Source: an uncultured Mucilaginibacter sp. (GTDB taxonomy: Bacteria > Bacteroidota > Bacteroidia > Sphingobacteriales > Sphingobacteriaceae). Taken from it: 64,000 nt of DNA. Both the position numbers and the translations under genes were made by a program. This document shows positions 47,437 to 58,696 of this stretch, piece by piece. The stretch is taken from NCBI GenBank assembly GCA_903887275.1, contig CAISPD010000179.1:16912-80911 (forward strand). Reading direction: 5' to 3'. The notes beneath the pieces are model-generated. The model was not told where the DNA came from. It did no database searches and was given only the letters and a program-made list of their open reading frames with translations. Each line of letters begins with the position of its first letter. Position 1 is the stretch's first letter.

Positions 47437-48276
47437 ATGTCTACAGTACAAATAACAGCATCTGATGTTAACAAATTACGTCAGCAAACAGGTGCAGGTA
47501 TGATGGATTGCAAAAAAGCTTTGACTGAAACCAATGGCGATTTTGAAGCTGCAATTGACTATTTAAGGAAAAAAGGCGCTAAAGTTGCGGCCAGCCGTCA
47601 GGATCGTGAGTCGAATGAAGGTGTGGTTATTGCACGTACTTCTGCCGATGGCAAACGTGGTGTGATCATTGAACTGAACTGCGAGACTGATTTCGTTGCT
47701 AAAAATGCTGAGTTTGTGGCATTCGCAGGCGCTATCGCTGAAGCAGCAGTTGAAAACAACCCAGCCACCCTGGAAGCATTAGCTGAACTGTCTGTTGACG
47801 GTCAGAAAATTGGCGAAGCGGTGATTGACAAAACTGGCAAGATCGGCGAGAAGATCGGCGTATCTAAATATGAAGTTGTAAGCGGTGAGAAAGTGATCGC
47901 CTATATCCACGGTAACTACCGTTTGGGTGTTTTGGTTGCTTTAAGTGCTGATGCAGCTGGTGCAGAAGAAGCAGGTAAAGATGTGGCAATGCAAATTGCA
48001 GCAATGAACCCGGTTGCTATTGATAAAGATGGCGTTGATTCTACTACCATCCAACGCGAATTGGAAATTGCTAAAGAGCAGATCCGTGCAGAAGGCAAAC
48101 CTGAAGAAATGGTTGAAAAGATCGCTGCAGGTAAACTGAATAAATTCTACAAAGATTCAACGTTGTTGAATCAGGAGTTTGTAAAAGACTCATCAAAAAA
48201 CGTTGCCCAGTTCCTGGCCAGCGTTGAAAAGGGACTCACGGTTACCGCATTTAAACGGGTAGCTTTAGGAGCTTAA
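47437..48276 (+). CDS. tsf: Elongation factor Ts
   Basis: TGAGMMDCKKAL, NCETDFVA. Confidence 0.98.
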   Translation: MSTVQITASDVNKLRQQTGAGMMDCKKALTETNGDFEAAIDYLRKKGAKVAASRQDRESNEGVVIARTSADGKRGVIIELNCETDFVAKNAEFVAFAGAIAEAAVENNPATLEALAELSVDGQKIGEAVIDKTGKIGEKIGVSKYEVVSGEKVIAYIHGNYRLGVLVALSADAAGAEEAGKDVAMQIAAMNPVAIDKDGVDSTTIQRELEIAKEQIRAEGKPEEMVEKIAAGKLNKFYKDSTLLNQEFVKDSSKNVAQFLASVEKGLTVTAFKRVALGA

Positions 48277-48280
48277 TATT

Positions 48281-48318
48281 AAAATCCCCCTCAGCAAAAT
48301 GAGGGGGATTTTTTTTGC
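48281..48318 (+). terminator. Intrinsic terminator
   Basis: AAAATCCCCCTCA/TGAGGGGGATTTT followed by T-run. Confidence 0.9.
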
Positions 48319-48329
48319 AATAAAATTTC

Positions 48330-48356
48330 GTAGAGACGAATTGCTTTGCGTCTCTT
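48330..48356. repeat. REP-like palindrome GTAGAGACG...CGTCTCT
   Basis: AGAGACG 48332-48338 / CGTCTCT 48349-48355. Confidence 0.5.
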
Positions 48357-48415
48357 TGCAGATACGACTAAATTTGATAGTCACGAGTTAACGTGCCTGT
48401 GTAATTGATGCAAAC

Positions 48416-49546
48416 ATGATTACTGCCCTTTTCAATTTCCGGTTAATTTCCGCAAGCTCCCTTACCGGTGCGGAAGAAATAATTAAAAGTGGTTTTGCCG
48501 TATTGTTAGAAGGCAAATTGATCAAAGCCATTGTTGATGAATCGGCCATACCGACCGATGCAGAACGAATAGATCTTCATGGACATTTCCTTGCTCCCGG
48601 CTTTATCGACCTGCAATTGTATGGTAGTGGCGGGCGGTTATTGAGTATCGATACTGACGAGGAAACTCTACTGCAAATGGAAACCGATCTGCTGGCGCAG
48701 GGTACTACGGGTTTCTTCCCAACTATTTCTACTAATTCTGACGAGGTGATTGAACAGACAATCAGGGTTGGCAAAAGCTATCGCGAAAAGCGTATAGGTA
48801 ATTATCTGGGTGTTCATCTGGAAGGTCCTTTTTTGAACCCGATCCGACGTGGTGCCCATAATGCCGATTTTATTAAAAAAGCCTCGCTTGATCAGGTGAA
48901 ACAATGGCTTGAATTGGGTGATGGTACCATTAAAATGATCACCATAGCACCTGAGCTACAGGATCAGGAAGTGATAGATTACCTGCATAATGAAGGAATA
49001 ATCCTTTCATCAGGTCATAGCAATGCTACCTATGCCCAGGGTAGGGCGTTTTTAAATAAGCCTATCCCGGCGGTAACGCATATTTACAATGCAATGCCGC
49101 AAATGCACCACCGCGATCCGGGGTATATTCCGGCAATATTTGAGGAGCGTCCTTATACCAGTATAGTACCGGATGGTATCCATGTTGATTTTGTGATGGC
49201 AAGGTTGGCCAAGCGCGAGCTTGGCGATAAGTTGTTTTTCATTACAGATGCTGTTACCGAGACTTTTAAAGGCCCATACCAACACCGGTTCAAAGGCGAC
49301 AGGTATACATTGCCTGATGGGACTTTATCGGGTTCGTGTTTAACGATGTTAAAATGCGTCGAAAATGGAGTGAAGCACTTTAAAGTAAGTCTGGTTGAAG
49401 CTGTAAAAATGGCGTCAACGTATCCGGCACAATTGGCTAAGCTTAATAAAGGTGTGATAGCAGCAGGTTATGATGCTGATTTTACAGTGTTTGATGATGA
49501 TTTTGTACTCCGGGGAACGTTTCTTGCAGGGGAGCGTATAAACTAA
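48416..49546 (+). CDS. nagA: N-acetylglucosamine-6-phosphate deacetylase
   Basis: PGFIDLQ, HLEGPF, RGAH, THIYNAM, PDGIH, ITDA. Confidence 0.93.
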   Translation: MITALFNFRLISASSLTGAEEIIKSGFAVLLEGKLIKAIVDESAIPTDAERIDLHGHFLAPGFIDLQLYGSGGRLLSIDTDEETLLQMETDLLAQGTTGFFPTISTNSDEVIEQTIRVGKSYREKRIGNYLGVHLEGPFLNPIRRGAHNADFIKKASLDQVKQWLELGDGTIKMITIAPELQDQEVIDYLHNEGIILSSGHSNATYAQGRAFLNKPIPAVTHIYNAMPQMHHRDPGYIPAIFEERPYTSIVPDGIHVDFVMARLAKRELGDKLFFITDAVTETFKGPYQHRFKGDRYTLPDGTLSGSCLTMLKCVENGVKHFKVSLVEAVKMASTYPAQLAKLNKGVIAAGYDADFTVFDDDFVLRGTFLAGERIN

Positions 49547-49601
49547 GCGAATATTATTTTAACACTGAATTTAAATTGATAATTTTGACAAACTCACCCT
49601 T

Positions 49602-50306
49602 ATGAAATATAAACGCATCCTTCTCAAACTTAGTGGCGAATCGCTGATGGGCGACAGACAATATGGTATTGATAATAACCAGGTATTGCAATATGCCAAT
49701 GATATCAAAAGTGTTTATGATAAAGGTATCGAAATAGCAGTTGTAGTTGGTGGAGGTAATATTTTCAGAGGGTTAAGTGCCGAAAAATCGGGCATGGACC
49801 GCGCTCAGGCTGATTATATGGGAATGCTGGCCACCGTCATTAACTGCATGGCATTGCAAAATGCGCTTGAAACCGTTGGTGTTGAAACCCGTTTGCAATC
49901 GGCTATCAAAATGGAGCAGATATGCGAGCCTTATATCAGGCGCCGTGCTATGCGCCATTTGGAACTGAATAAGATCGTGATTTTTGGAGCAGGCACCGGA
50001 AATCCATACTTTACTACGGATACTGCTGCTTCCTTGCGCGCCATTGAAATTAAGGCCGATGTGGTTTTGAAAGGCACCCGTGTTGATGGTATTTATACTG
50101 CCGACCCCGAGAAAGATCCAACGGCTACGCGTTATGACGAGATATCGTTCCAGGAAGTATATGACAAAGGCTTGAATGTAATGGATATGACCGCATTTAC
50201 ATTATGCCACGAGAATAAGCTACCAATCATCGTTTTTGATATGAATAAGCCAGGTAATTTTATGAAGATTGCTTTGGGCGAGAAGATTGGTACGCTGGTA
50301 AGGTAA
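49602..50306 (+). CDS. pyrH: Uridylate kinase
   Basis: [25 protein letters not shown]. Confidence 0.98.
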   Translation: MKYKRILLKLSGESLMGDRQYGIDNNQVLQYANDIKSVYDKGIEIAVVVGGGNIFRGLSAEKSGMDRAQADYMGMLATVINCMALQNALETVGVETRLQSAIKMEQICEPYIRRRAMRHLELNKIVIFGAGTGNPYFTTDTAASLRAIEIKADVVLKGTRVDGIYTADPEKDPTATRYDEISFQEVYDKGLNVMDMTAFTLCHENKLPIIVFDMNKPGNFMKIALGEKIGTLVR

Positions 50307-50408
50307 AAATGGGGAGTACTGCTCGCACAAATTCCCGATTCTTTATTCTTGCCTCTTTGATTTTGATTCTGTTTTATTTTCTATTTTTGCCAGCAAAATT
50401 TTAATACA

Positions 50409-50972
50409 ATGAGCGAACTCATTAAAAAGCAAGTTAGCGATGCCCGCGCCCAAATGGATAAAGCGGTAGATCATTGCGAAAGCGAATTACAGAAGATACG
50501 TGCCGGTAAGGCAAATCCAAGCATGCTTGATGATATTGTTGTTGAGTATTACGGCACTCCTACACCATTGAACCAGGTAGGAAGTGTTAACACTCCTGAC
50601 GCACGTACTATTGTTATTCAACCGTGGGAAAAATCGTTGCTTAGCCCCATCGAAAAAGCGATCATGGAAGCAAATCTTGGCGTAAATCCGCAGAATGATG
50701 GTGTCATCATCCGTATTAATGTACCACCGTTGACGGAAGAACGCCGTCGCGATCTGGTTAAAAAAGCCAAAGCTGAAGCAGAAACAGGCAAAATTGCTAT
50801 CCGTAATGTGCGTAAAGACGCTAACGAAAAGATAAGGAAACTAAAAACTGAAGGTGTTTCTGAAGACGAAATGAAAGTGGGTGAAGCAGAAGTACAAAAG
50901 CTTACTGACAGCTATATCATCAAGGTCGACCATTTGTCGGAAGCTAAAGAAAAAGATATCATGACCGTTTAA
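50409..50972 (+). CDS. frr: Ribosome recycling factor
   Basis: IRAGKAN, PPLTEERR. Confidence 0.98.
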   Translation: MSELIKKQVSDARAQMDKAVDHCESELQKIRAGKANPSMLDDIVVEYYGTPTPLNQVGSVNTPDARTIVIQPWEKSLLSPIEKAIMEANLGVNPQNDGVIIRINVPPLTEERRRDLVKKAKAEAETGKIAIRNVRKDANEKIRKLKTEGVSEDEMKVGEAEVQKLTDSYIIKVDHLSEAKEKDIMTV

Positions 50973-51043
50973 GTAACAAAATAGTGTCAAAATCAAGGGA
51001 ATACGCTGTGAAGCTGTTCCCTTTTTTTATTTTTACAATAATC

Positions 51044-52807
51044 ATGAAAGTACTTTTATCCTACCTGAAGGAGCATCGCTGGATAGTTGCTCTGGCACTT
51101 TTACTTGCGGCGTTCAATATTGGGTTTTCTCTTTGCGATCCCCTGATCACCCGAAACATCGTAGATCATTATATGGTGCCCGTAGATCATAAGATATATA
51201 GTTACGACGATAAGGTGCATGGTGTCTTAAAATGGATTGGACTGGCCATTGGGGCAGCTATGGTATCTCGCATCGCCAAAAATTTTCAGGATTATTTTAC
51301 CAATATCATTACGCAAAAAGTTGGGGCAAAAATGTATGCCGATGGCTTAAAACACTCTTTGCAATTACCCTTCCAGGTATTTGAGGATCAGCGCAGCGGC
51401 GAAACCCTGGGGATTTTGCAAAAAGTAAGGATTGATTGCGAGAAGTTTATCACCTCATTTATCGGAGTGCTTTTTGTTAGTCTGGTAGGGATGATATTTG
51501 TGATGGTACTTGCAGTTGTAGTGAGTTACAAAGTTGCGCTGGTATATCTGGGTGCAATACCGGTGATCATGTTTGTAAGCATGGCCCTCAGCAAACGAAT
51601 TAAAACTATTCAGAAAAAGATAGTTTCCCAAACCACGGCCCTTGCCGGTGCAACGACTGAATCCTTGCGTAATATCGAATTAGTGAAGAGCCTGGGCCTG
51701 GTTAAGCAGGAAATTGCGCATTTGAATAAAACAACTTATAAAATTCTCGATCTTGAACTGACCAAGGTAAAATATGTTAGAAGTATGAGCTTCATACAGG
51801 GCACTACGGTGAATCTTGTACGCAGTACGATGATGGTTTTGCTGTTGATGCTCATCTTCAGAGGGCAATTGACACCGGGTAGTTATTTTATGTTTTTATT
51901 CTATTCATTTTTCTTATTTAATCCTCTTCAGGAGTTAGGTACGGTTATACAATCGTGGCGGGAAGCAGAAGTTTCTCTGGCGAATTTCAAAGGCATATTA
52001 AGTACCCCGATAGAAGCTAAACCTGATAATCCGATCTTGTTGGAATCAGTGACAAAACTTAGGTTTAAAGACGTAAGTTTCAAACACCTTACAGCTAATA
52101 GAAATGCGTTAAACAATATCAGTTTTGAAGTTGGGACCGGCGAAACTATAGCTTTTGTTGGACCATCGGGTTCCGGTAAAACAACGTTGGTTAAATTATT
52201 GGTGGGGCTTTACCAACCACTTGAGGGAGATATTTTATATAATGAGATACCGGGCAAAAGGATAGATCTGGATGAACTGCGCGAAAGGGTTGGTTTTGTA
52301 ACCCAGGACACGCAGCTTTTCTCGGGTTCAATTCGCGAAAACCTGTTGTTCGTACGACCTAATGCAACTGATGCTGAGTGTATGCAGGCTTTACAGCGCG
52401 CTGCTTGCCAAACGCTGTTGGCGCGTGCGTCTAATGGGCTGGATACCGTAATTGGCGAAGGTGGAGTAAAAGTATCCGGCGGCGAAAAGCAACGCCTTTC
52501 CATTGCGCGGGCATTGCTGCGTAAACCGGATCTATTGGTTTTTGATGAAGCAACCTCTTCCCTGGATTCAATAACTGAAGAAGAAATAACCGAAACAATA
52601 CGCGATGTTTCGGTATTAAAAGATCATATCACCATACTGATCGCGCACCGCCTATCTACCATTATGCACGCTGATACCATTTATGTGCTTGAAAAAGGTA
52701 AGATCGTAGAATCCGGCAGGCATATTGATCTTATTTCGCAAAAGGGATTGTATTATGCCATGTGGCGTCAGCAGATCGGTGAAAAAGACACAGCTGATTT
52801 TGTTTAA
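51044..52807 (+). CDS. ABC exporter, permease plus ATPase fusion
   Basis: GPSGSGKT, VSGGEKQR, FDEATSSLD, AHRLS; ATG 51044 within track ORF. Confidence 0.93.
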   Translation: MKVLLSYLKEHRWIVALALLLAAFNIGFSLCDPLITRNIVDHYMVPVDHKIYSYDDKVHGVLKWIGLAIGAAMVSRIAKNFQDYFTNIITQKVGAKMYADGLKHSLQLPFQVFEDQRSGETLGILQKVRIDCEKFITSFIGVLFVSLVGMIFVMVLAVVVSYKVALVYLGAIPVIMFVSMALSKRIKTIQKKIVSQTTALAGATTESLRNIELVKSLGLVKQEIAHLNKTTYKILDLELTKVKYVRSMSFIQGTTVNLVRSTMMVLLLMLIFRGQLTPGSYFMFLFYSFFLFNPLQELGTVIQSWREAEVSLANFKGILSTPIEAKPDNPILLESVTKLRFKDVSFKHLTANRNALNNISFEVGTGETIAFVGPSGSGKTTLVKLLVGLYQPLEGDILYNEIPGKRIDLDELRERVGFVTQDTQLFSGSIRENLLFVRPNATDAECMQALQRAACQTLLARASNGLDTVIGEGGVKVSGGEKQRLSIARALLRKPDLLVFDEATSSLDSITEEEITETIRDVSVLKDHITILIAHRLSTIMHADTIYVLEKGKIVESGRHIDLISQKGLYYAMWRQQIGEKDTADFV

Positions 52808-52824
52808 CCTTAAAATATTCAAAT

Positions 52825-53034
52825 ATGTACCTCATAACTTCTGTATTTGGCGGCACACTTGGTTTGATCTTCTTGATCATCTGGGGACTTTTAAGTCTGT
52901 ATGCAATTATCAATGTGCTTAGAAATACGAGCGTTATAGGCTTTGGAAAAGCTGTTTGGATAGCTATTATACTGTTTATACCGATTGTGGGTGCAGTATT
53001 TTACCTTTTTTGGCGCAATGTAAAAGCGCTTTAA
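52825..53034 (+). CDS. PLDc N-terminal-like small membrane protein
   Basis: Two TMs, KAVWIAIILFIPIVGAVFY. Confidence 0.8.
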   Translation: MYLITSVFGGTLGLIFLIIWGLLSLYAIINVLRNTSVIGFGKAVWIAIILFIPIVGAVFYLFWRNVKAL

Positions 53035-54329
53035 AGTGTTTCGCCTTTGTCGGGGTCGATGTTGTGTATATCTGATAATGACAATGGCAGGAATCTTCGC
53101 GTTTTAAAATAAGTTACGATAACCACCAGCATCGTTATACTACCACCAAACAACACCGCAGGTATGGTGCCCAATAGCTGCGCAGCCAGGCCCGATTCAA
53201 AATCGCCGATCTCATTGGAGGAGCCGATAAACATAGAATTTACTGCCGAAACCCTGCCACGCATATGATCAGGCGTTAGCAGTTGCACCAGTGTTCCGCG
53301 TATGATCACGCTGACACTGTCAAATGCACCCTGCCCGAAAAGAAATAATAGTGTGAGTATAAAGCTTCGTGATAAACCGAAGCCGATGATACACAAGCCA
53401 AAACCAGTCACTGCTATCAAAAGGTTACGCCAGGGTTTATTTAATGGGGAGAAGCGCACCATGATCACCATCGTCAATGCTGCCCCCAGCGATGAAGCCA
53501 TTTTCATCAGTCCGAAACCCTGGGCGCCAACATGAAGAATATCCTGGGCAAAAACTGGTAATAATGCTACTACGCCCCCGAAGAATACGGAAAACAGATC
53601 AAGGCTTAATGCACTTACCAGCATACGGTTGCCAAATACAAAATTGATTCCTGCCTTAAGGCTTTTAGAGATACTTTCTTTGGGTACAAAAACAGGGGGG
53701 TATTTTCTTAACCTGATGGCTAATACCAATGTTACCAGCAAAAAAGTTAAGATCACTACAAAATTTGCAGTAATACCACCAGCCAGTGCGTAGATAAAGC
53801 CTCCGGAAAACGGACCGAGGATCGATGCGATCTGCCAGCTGGTGCTGCTCCAGGTGCTCGCGTTAGGATATAACTCACGGGGTATGCTATGAGCATAAAC
53901 CGTGAATGTTGCCGGACCATAAAATGCTCTGGATATACCATTACAAAATATCATACCGTATAAAATGGGCACGATCCAACCAACAGGTATATAAGGTGAG
54001 GTTGATTTTAATGTGGCAATAAACATAATCAGCGATGAAAAAGCAACGCCGGTAAACACCAGTATCAACATCTTTCGCTTTTCGTATTTATCCGCTATAT
54101 AGCCGCCGTATAAGGCCAGTCCTACTGCTGGTACAGCTTCGCTCAGGCCAATAAAAGCCAAAGACATTTTGCTATGGGTGAGTGCGTAAATATAGTAACC
54201 CAGTACTGCAGTTTGCATCTGATAGGCGAACGTGAAAAAGAAACGCATACCCAGATAGGAGCGAAAATCTTTGTATCGCAGGGCAGCAAAAGAGTCTTTT
54301 TTCGGTCGACTGTTTTCTTCGTCGGTCAC
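53031..54329 (-). CDS. MFS transporter
   Basis: About 12 TMs; GGYIADKYEKRK; TPDHMRGRVSAVN. Confidence 0.9.
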   Translation of the reverse strand: MTDEENSRPKKDSFAALRYKDFRSYLGMRFFFTFAYQMQTAVLGYYIYALTHSKMSLAFIGLSEAVPAVGLALYGGYIADKYEKRKMLILVFTGVAFSSLIMFIATLKSTSPYIPVGWIVPILYGMIFCNGISRAFYGPATFTVYAHSIPRELYPNASTWSSTSWQIASILGPFSGGFIYALAGGITANFVVILTFLLVTLVLAIRLRKYPPVFVPKESISKSLKAGINFVFGNRMLVSALSLDLFSVFFGGVVALLPVFAQDILHVGAQGFGLMKMASSLGAALTMVIMVRFSPLNKPWRNLLIAVTGFGLCIIGFGLSRSFILTLLFLFGQGAFDSVSVIIRGTLVQLLTPDHMRGRVSAVNSMFIGSSNEIGDFESGLAAQLLGTIPAVLFGGSITMLVVIVTYFKTRRFLPLSLSDIHNIDPDKGETL

Positions 54330-54444
54330 TTGGAGTTTAAGTATTGATGCAGCGGCAATTTACAATTTCAACAGGATAAAACAGGGCCAGTCTGTTTCTT
54401 TACAAACATATGATCCTGAATTGACAGAAACGGCGGTCTTGAAT

Positions 54445-55824
54445 TTAGTTGAATCCGTGCTGGTCTATCAGGTAAATGAGCGATGCCATTGATGCCGAAC
54501 CTAACTCTAATTCGCGTTTGTTTACATTTTCAAATACGTCATTAGGGGTATGATGGACATCAAAATAGCGTTGTGAATCGGGCAGAAAACCTATCAGGAT
54601 CACACCGGGCGCTTTTTCTTTTAGCGGTCCGATATCGCTTCCGCCGCCACCCGCAACCAATTTTTCCGAACCATAAGGCTCAAATAGATTTTTCCAGGCT
54701 GCCAGATTCTTCAGTTGTGCGTTTGTTAAGCCGGTAAACCCAAATCCGCGGGGAGTGAATCCGCCAAAGTCGGTTTCAATGGCAGCAATATGTTGTTCTT
54801 TGTTATTTGCAGCAAGTTCAGCGTATTTCAACCCACCCTTGTCGCCGTTTTCCTCATTCATGAAAAATACCACACGAATTGTGTTTTTAGGTTTATAACC
54901 AAGGGTTTTTAAAATTCGTACTGCTTCCAGTGCTCCGGTTACGCCCGTACCGTCATCATGCGCTCCTTCGGCCAGATCCCATGAATCAAGGTGCCCGCCA
55001 ACAGTAATAAACTTGTTTGGATTTTCTGTTCCGGTCAATTCACCAACAACGTTATAGGATAGCGTATCCGGTAAATGGTGTGAGCTTTGTTTGAAAAAGA
55101 ATTTGATACCGGCTCCTTTTTGTTTTAGCAAGGCACTCAGTTGGTTTGCGCCAAGTGTAGATATTGCAGCGGCTGGAATATTATTTCCTTTTGGGTTATA
55201 AAGTGTAGCACCGGTGTGTGGGAAATTATCCAGGCTTTCTGTGAGTGAGCGCACAATAACACCTACAGCGCCATATTTGGCCGCTGCCGATGGTCCCATA
55301 AACCGTTGATCGCCGGCAGTGCCGTATGCTATCATTGTCTCAATAAAACGAGGATCAAATGGCCGGTTAAAGAAAACAATTTTTCCTTTTATAGCGGCTT
55401 CGCCAAGGGTATCCAGCTGTTTCAGACTATGAACTTCTATAACCTCTGCGGTCAGGCCATCCGCCGGTGTTGAAACTGACATGCCCAGTGCGGCAACCGG
55501 TACCTTTATTTTATTACTCCCGTCTATGATAAATGCTTCTTCTTTTGCTCCTCTAACCCAATGAGGTACCATTACCTCCTGTAAAAAAACATGGTCAAAG
55601 CCGTAGCTTTCCATTACTTTTTTGCCCCATTCAACGGCCTTCTGCGCATTAGCCGAACCGCTTAGCCTTGCGCCAATGTTCTTGCACAGATAGTGAAGAT
55701 TTTCATAACTCTTACCGTTAACCAGCGCTTCATCATAAATCTTTCTGATGGTTAGCGAGTCCTGGGCCATGGCTGCTGTTGCCAGGCATATGAAAGATAC
55801 AAGGAGGGTCGATTTTAATTTCAT
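54445..55824 (-). CDS. M28-family peptidase (carboxypeptidase Q-like)
   Basis: GGHLDSWD, GAHDDGTG, MNEENG, GGSDIGP, HHTPND; ATG 55824. Confidence 0.9.
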   Translation of the reverse strand: MKLKSTLLVSFICLATAAMAQDSLTIRKIYDEALVNGKSYENLHYLCKNIGARLSGSANAQKAVEWGKKVMESYGFDHVFLQEVMVPHWVRGAKEEAFIIDGSNKIKVPVAALGMSVSTPADGLTAEVIEVHSLKQLDTLGEAAIKGKIVFFNRPFDPRFIETMIAYGTAGDQRFMGPSAAAKYGAVGVIVRSLTESLDNFPHTGATLYNPKGNNIPAAAISTLGANQLSALLKQKGAGIKFFFKQSSHHLPDTLSYNVVGELTGTENPNKFITVGGHLDSWDLAEGAHDDGTGVTGALEAVRILKTLGYKPKNTIRVVFFMNEENGDKGGLKYAELAANNKEQHIAAIETDFGGFTPRGFGFTGLTNAQLKNLAAWKNLFEPYGSEKLVAGGGGSDIGPLKEKAPGVILIGFLPDSQRYFDVHHTPNDVFENVNKRELELGSASMASLIYLIDQHGFN

Positions 55825-55906
55825 GGTAGTAATTAGCTCTATAAACAAAGGTAGTATTTTGATAAATATTATTCTGTCGTCTTTAATAATAGAAGACGAT
55901 GCATTT

Positions 55907-58012
55907 TCAGGATATTTTCTCCCAGCTTAAGCCGGTATTTTTCGACTGAAGTGCAATTTGCAATACCTGATTTTTTGGCAAAGCCAATTGCGGGTCGTGT
56001 GCAAATATCTCTTCAACACACTGGCGAGCCTGTATCAACAGCTGCTGATCGGCAACAAGATCGGCAACTTTCAGGTCGGTGATGCCACTTTGTTGGGTCC
56101 CTTCAATATTTCCCGGGCCACGCAGCTGAAGGTCGATCTCGGATATCTCAAAACCATTATTAGTTCTAACCATCGTGTCAAGACGTATCTTACCATCGTA
56201 ACTCAGCTTTTGCGAACTCATGAGGATGCAATATGATTGCTCGGCGCCGCGCCCTACACGCCCCCTTAGCTGGTGCAATTGCGATAAGCCAAAGCGTTCG
56301 GCATTCTCTATGATCATCACTGAGGCATTCGGTATGTTGACACCAACTTCTATAACGGTAGTTGCCACCATTATCTGCGTTTCATGCTTCACAAATCTTT
56401 GCATTTCAAACTCTTTGTCCTTTGCAGACATTTTACCATGAACAATGCTTACCTGGTAGTCGGGCATCGGAAATTCGCGGCGCATTACTTCTATACCTTC
56501 CTCCAGATTTTTCAGGTCAAGCTTTTCGCTCTCCTGTATTAAGGGGTAAACCACATAAACCTGCCGCCCTTTGGCTATTTCCTGCTTCATAAACCCAAAC
56601 ATCCGGAGGCGTTGATTTTCGAAATAATGGAAGGTTTGAATCGGTTTACGTCCTACAGGCAATTCGTCAATAACTGATATGTCCAGATCGCCATATAGCG
56701 TCATAGCAAGCGTGCGGGGGATTGGTGTAGCGGTCATGACCAGTATATGCGGAGGTATGCTGTTTTTTCGCCAGAGTTTTGCACGTTGTTCTACCCCGAA
56801 ACGGTGTTGCTCGTCTATTACTACAAAGCCCAGATTTTGAAACTGCACTGCATCTTCAATCAGTGCATGGGTACCAACCAGTATTTTTAATTCGCCGTTT
56901 TGCAACTGTTCATGCAATACTTTGCGGTTTTTTTTTGGGGTTGACCCGGTAAGTAAATCAACGGTTACAAAGTCGTTACCGACAAGATTTTTAATGGTTT
57001 GGAAGTGTTGGTTTGCTAATATTTCTGTAGGGGCCATCAGGCAGGTTTGAAAGCCGTTGTCTATGGCAATCAGCATGCTCATCAGCGCAACAACCGTTTT
57101 GCCGCTGCCAACATCGCCTTGCAGCAGGCGGTTCATTTGAACACCACGCTGCGAGTCCTGCCGGATTTCTTTTAATACTTTTTTTTGAGATCCGGTAAGT
57201 TCGAAAGGGAGTTTTTCCTGATAAAAAGTATTGAAATAATAACCAACCGTTTCGAAAATATGTCCTTTAAATTTTTGTACCCGTAGCAGTTTGTTTTTCA
57301 AAAGCTTCAATTGCAACAGAAATAGCTCTTCAAATTTTAGCCTTTTTTCTGCTTCATTTAACCTGGTGGCGTCCTCGGGGAAATGGATGTTACGATAGGC
57401 ATCGGCTCGTCCCATTAAAATAAACTGTTTTAAGACATAAGCCGGAAGATTTTCTTCTATCTGTGAAGCATGCTGATCAAGCATTGCAGCCATCAGTTTT
57501 TGTATTCCTTTGCTGTCGAGCGCAAACTGTTTCAGCTTTTCGGTCGAACTGTATACCGGCTGTAAGGATAAATTGCCCCGCTGATTTAAAGCGGCCGGGT
57601 TGTAAAGTTCCAATTCAGGGTGGGCCATTTGGGGCTTACCATTAAATATCCCCGGCTTCCCGAACAGTACATAAACTTTGCCAACTGACAGGTATTTTTC
57701 TATCCATTTAACGCCCTGAAACCATACCAGCTCAATAACACCGGTATCATCTTTTGCTTGCGCTATCAGTCGTCGGGTGTGTTTTTCACCAGCAATTTCA
57801 AAATGTGTTAAACGGGCAAGTACCTGCACATACGGCAGGTCGGGTTGAATATCGCATACCTTGTAAAAGCGGGTGCGATCAATATGCCTGAACGGGAAAT
57901 GTTTTAGAAGATCCTGGAATGTAGCTATTCCTAATTCCTTTTTCAATACTTCGGCGCGCGTAGTGCCCACGCCCTTTAAATATTCAATCGGAGTTTGGAA
58001 TACCTGGTTCAA
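55907..58012 (-). CDS. recG: ATP-dependent DNA helicase RecG
   Basis: QGDVGSGKT, DEQHRFG, TATPIPRT, HQLRGRVGRG; TTG start. Confidence 0.97.
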   Translation of the reverse strand: MNQVFQTPIEYLKGVGTTRAEVLKKELGIATFQDLLKHFPFRHIDRTRFYKVCDIQPDLPYVQVLARLTHFEIAGEKHTRRLIAQAKDDTGVIELVWFQGVKWIEKYLSVGKVYVLFGKPGIFNGKPQMAHPELELYNPAALNQRGNLSLQPVYSSTEKLKQFALDSKGIQKLMAAMLDQHASQIEENLPAYVLKQFILMGRADAYRNIHFPEDATRLNEAEKRLKFEELFLLQLKLLKNKLLRVQKFKGHIFETVGYYFNTFYQEKLPFELTGSQKKVLKEIRQDSQRGVQMNRLLQGDVGSGKTVVALMSMLIAIDNGFQTCLMAPTEILANQHFQTIKNLVGNDFVTVDLLTGSTPKKNRKVLHEQLQNGELKILVGTHALIEDAVQFQNLGFVVIDEQHRFGVEQRAKLWRKNSIPPHILVMTATPIPRTLAMTLYGDLDISVIDELPVGRKPIQTFHYFENQRLRMFGFMKQEIAKGRQVYVVYPLIQESEKLDLKNLEEGIEVMRREFPMPDYQVSIVHGKMSAKDKEFEMQRFVKHETQIMVATTVIEVGVNIPNASVMIIENAERFGLSQLHQLRGRVGRGAEQSYCILMSSQKLSYDGKIRLDTMVRTNNGFEISEIDLQLRGPGNIEGTQQSGITDLKVADLVADQQLLIQARQCVEEIFAHDPQLALPKNQVLQIALQSKNTGLSWEKIS

Positions 58013-58021
58013 AGATGTTTT

Positions 58022-58402
58022 TCAGGATTTAATAGCGATGACTGATATCTCAACGTTAACATTTTTCGGGAGCGCTGCTACCTGAACGGTTTCGCGTGCT
58101 GGAAATGCTGTAGTAAAATAGCTGCCGTAAATTTCATTGACCTGTGCAAATGTCTGCATATCGGTTAGGAAAATAGTAGACTTTATTATCTGATCAAACC
58201 CAATACCGGCTTCTATCAATATGCCTTTCAGGTTTTCCATAACCTGACGGGCTTCGTCTCTGATACCAGAGGTTACAATTTCGCCACTTGAGGGATCAGC
58301 AGGAATTTGTCCTGAAATAAATAAAAAACCATTAGCCTCTACGGCCTGGCTGTAGGGCCCAATGGGTGCTGGAGCATCTTTGGTAACTATAATTTTTTTC
58401 AT
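58022..58402 (-). CDS. ridA: RidA/Rid-family deaminase
   Basis: APAPIGPYSQA, PARETVQVAALP. Confidence 0.92.
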   Translation of the reverse strand: MKKIIVTKDAPAPIGPYSQAVEANGFLFISGQIPADPSSGEIVTSGIRDEARQVMENLKGILIEAGIGFDQIIKSTIFLTDMQTFAQVNEIYGSYFTTAFPARETVQVAALPKNVNVEISVIAIKS

Positions 58403-58482
58403 TGTATTCTTTTCGGTTCAGGCAGGCAAGCTGCCAGATATTCATCACAATTTTGGCCGGCAATGGTCAAATTAAAAGTGTT

Positions 58483-58626
58483 TTACTTTTTTAACACCAG
58501 TGTTTTAATCAGGTAAAAGATTATGCCGGCAACAAACATAATAATAGCCGTTGCATTGATGGTGTGCATGACCCTCAGATTAAAGCTCGTTGGCCTGTTA
58601 GGGTCTTTTTTTCTGAAAAAGTACAT
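58483..58626 (-). CDS. Small conserved membrane protein (DUF6728-like)
   Basis: MYFFRKKDPNRPTSFNLRVMHTINA plus TM; ATG 58626 lies after the ompA terminator. Confidence 0.7.
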   Translation of the reverse strand: MYFFRKKDPNRPTSFNLRVMHTINATAIIMFVAGIIFYLIKTLVLKK

Positions 58627-58639
58627 AAGCAAATTTAGT

Positions 58640-58675
58640 AAAAAAAAGAAGGCTTCCCGAAATCGGAAAGCCTTC
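58640..58675 (-). terminator. ompA terminator
   Basis: Minus GAAGGCTTTCCGA/TCGGGAAGCCTTC followed by T8. Confidence 0.85.
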
Positions 58676-58696
58676 AAAATATTTGTTTGGTTGAAA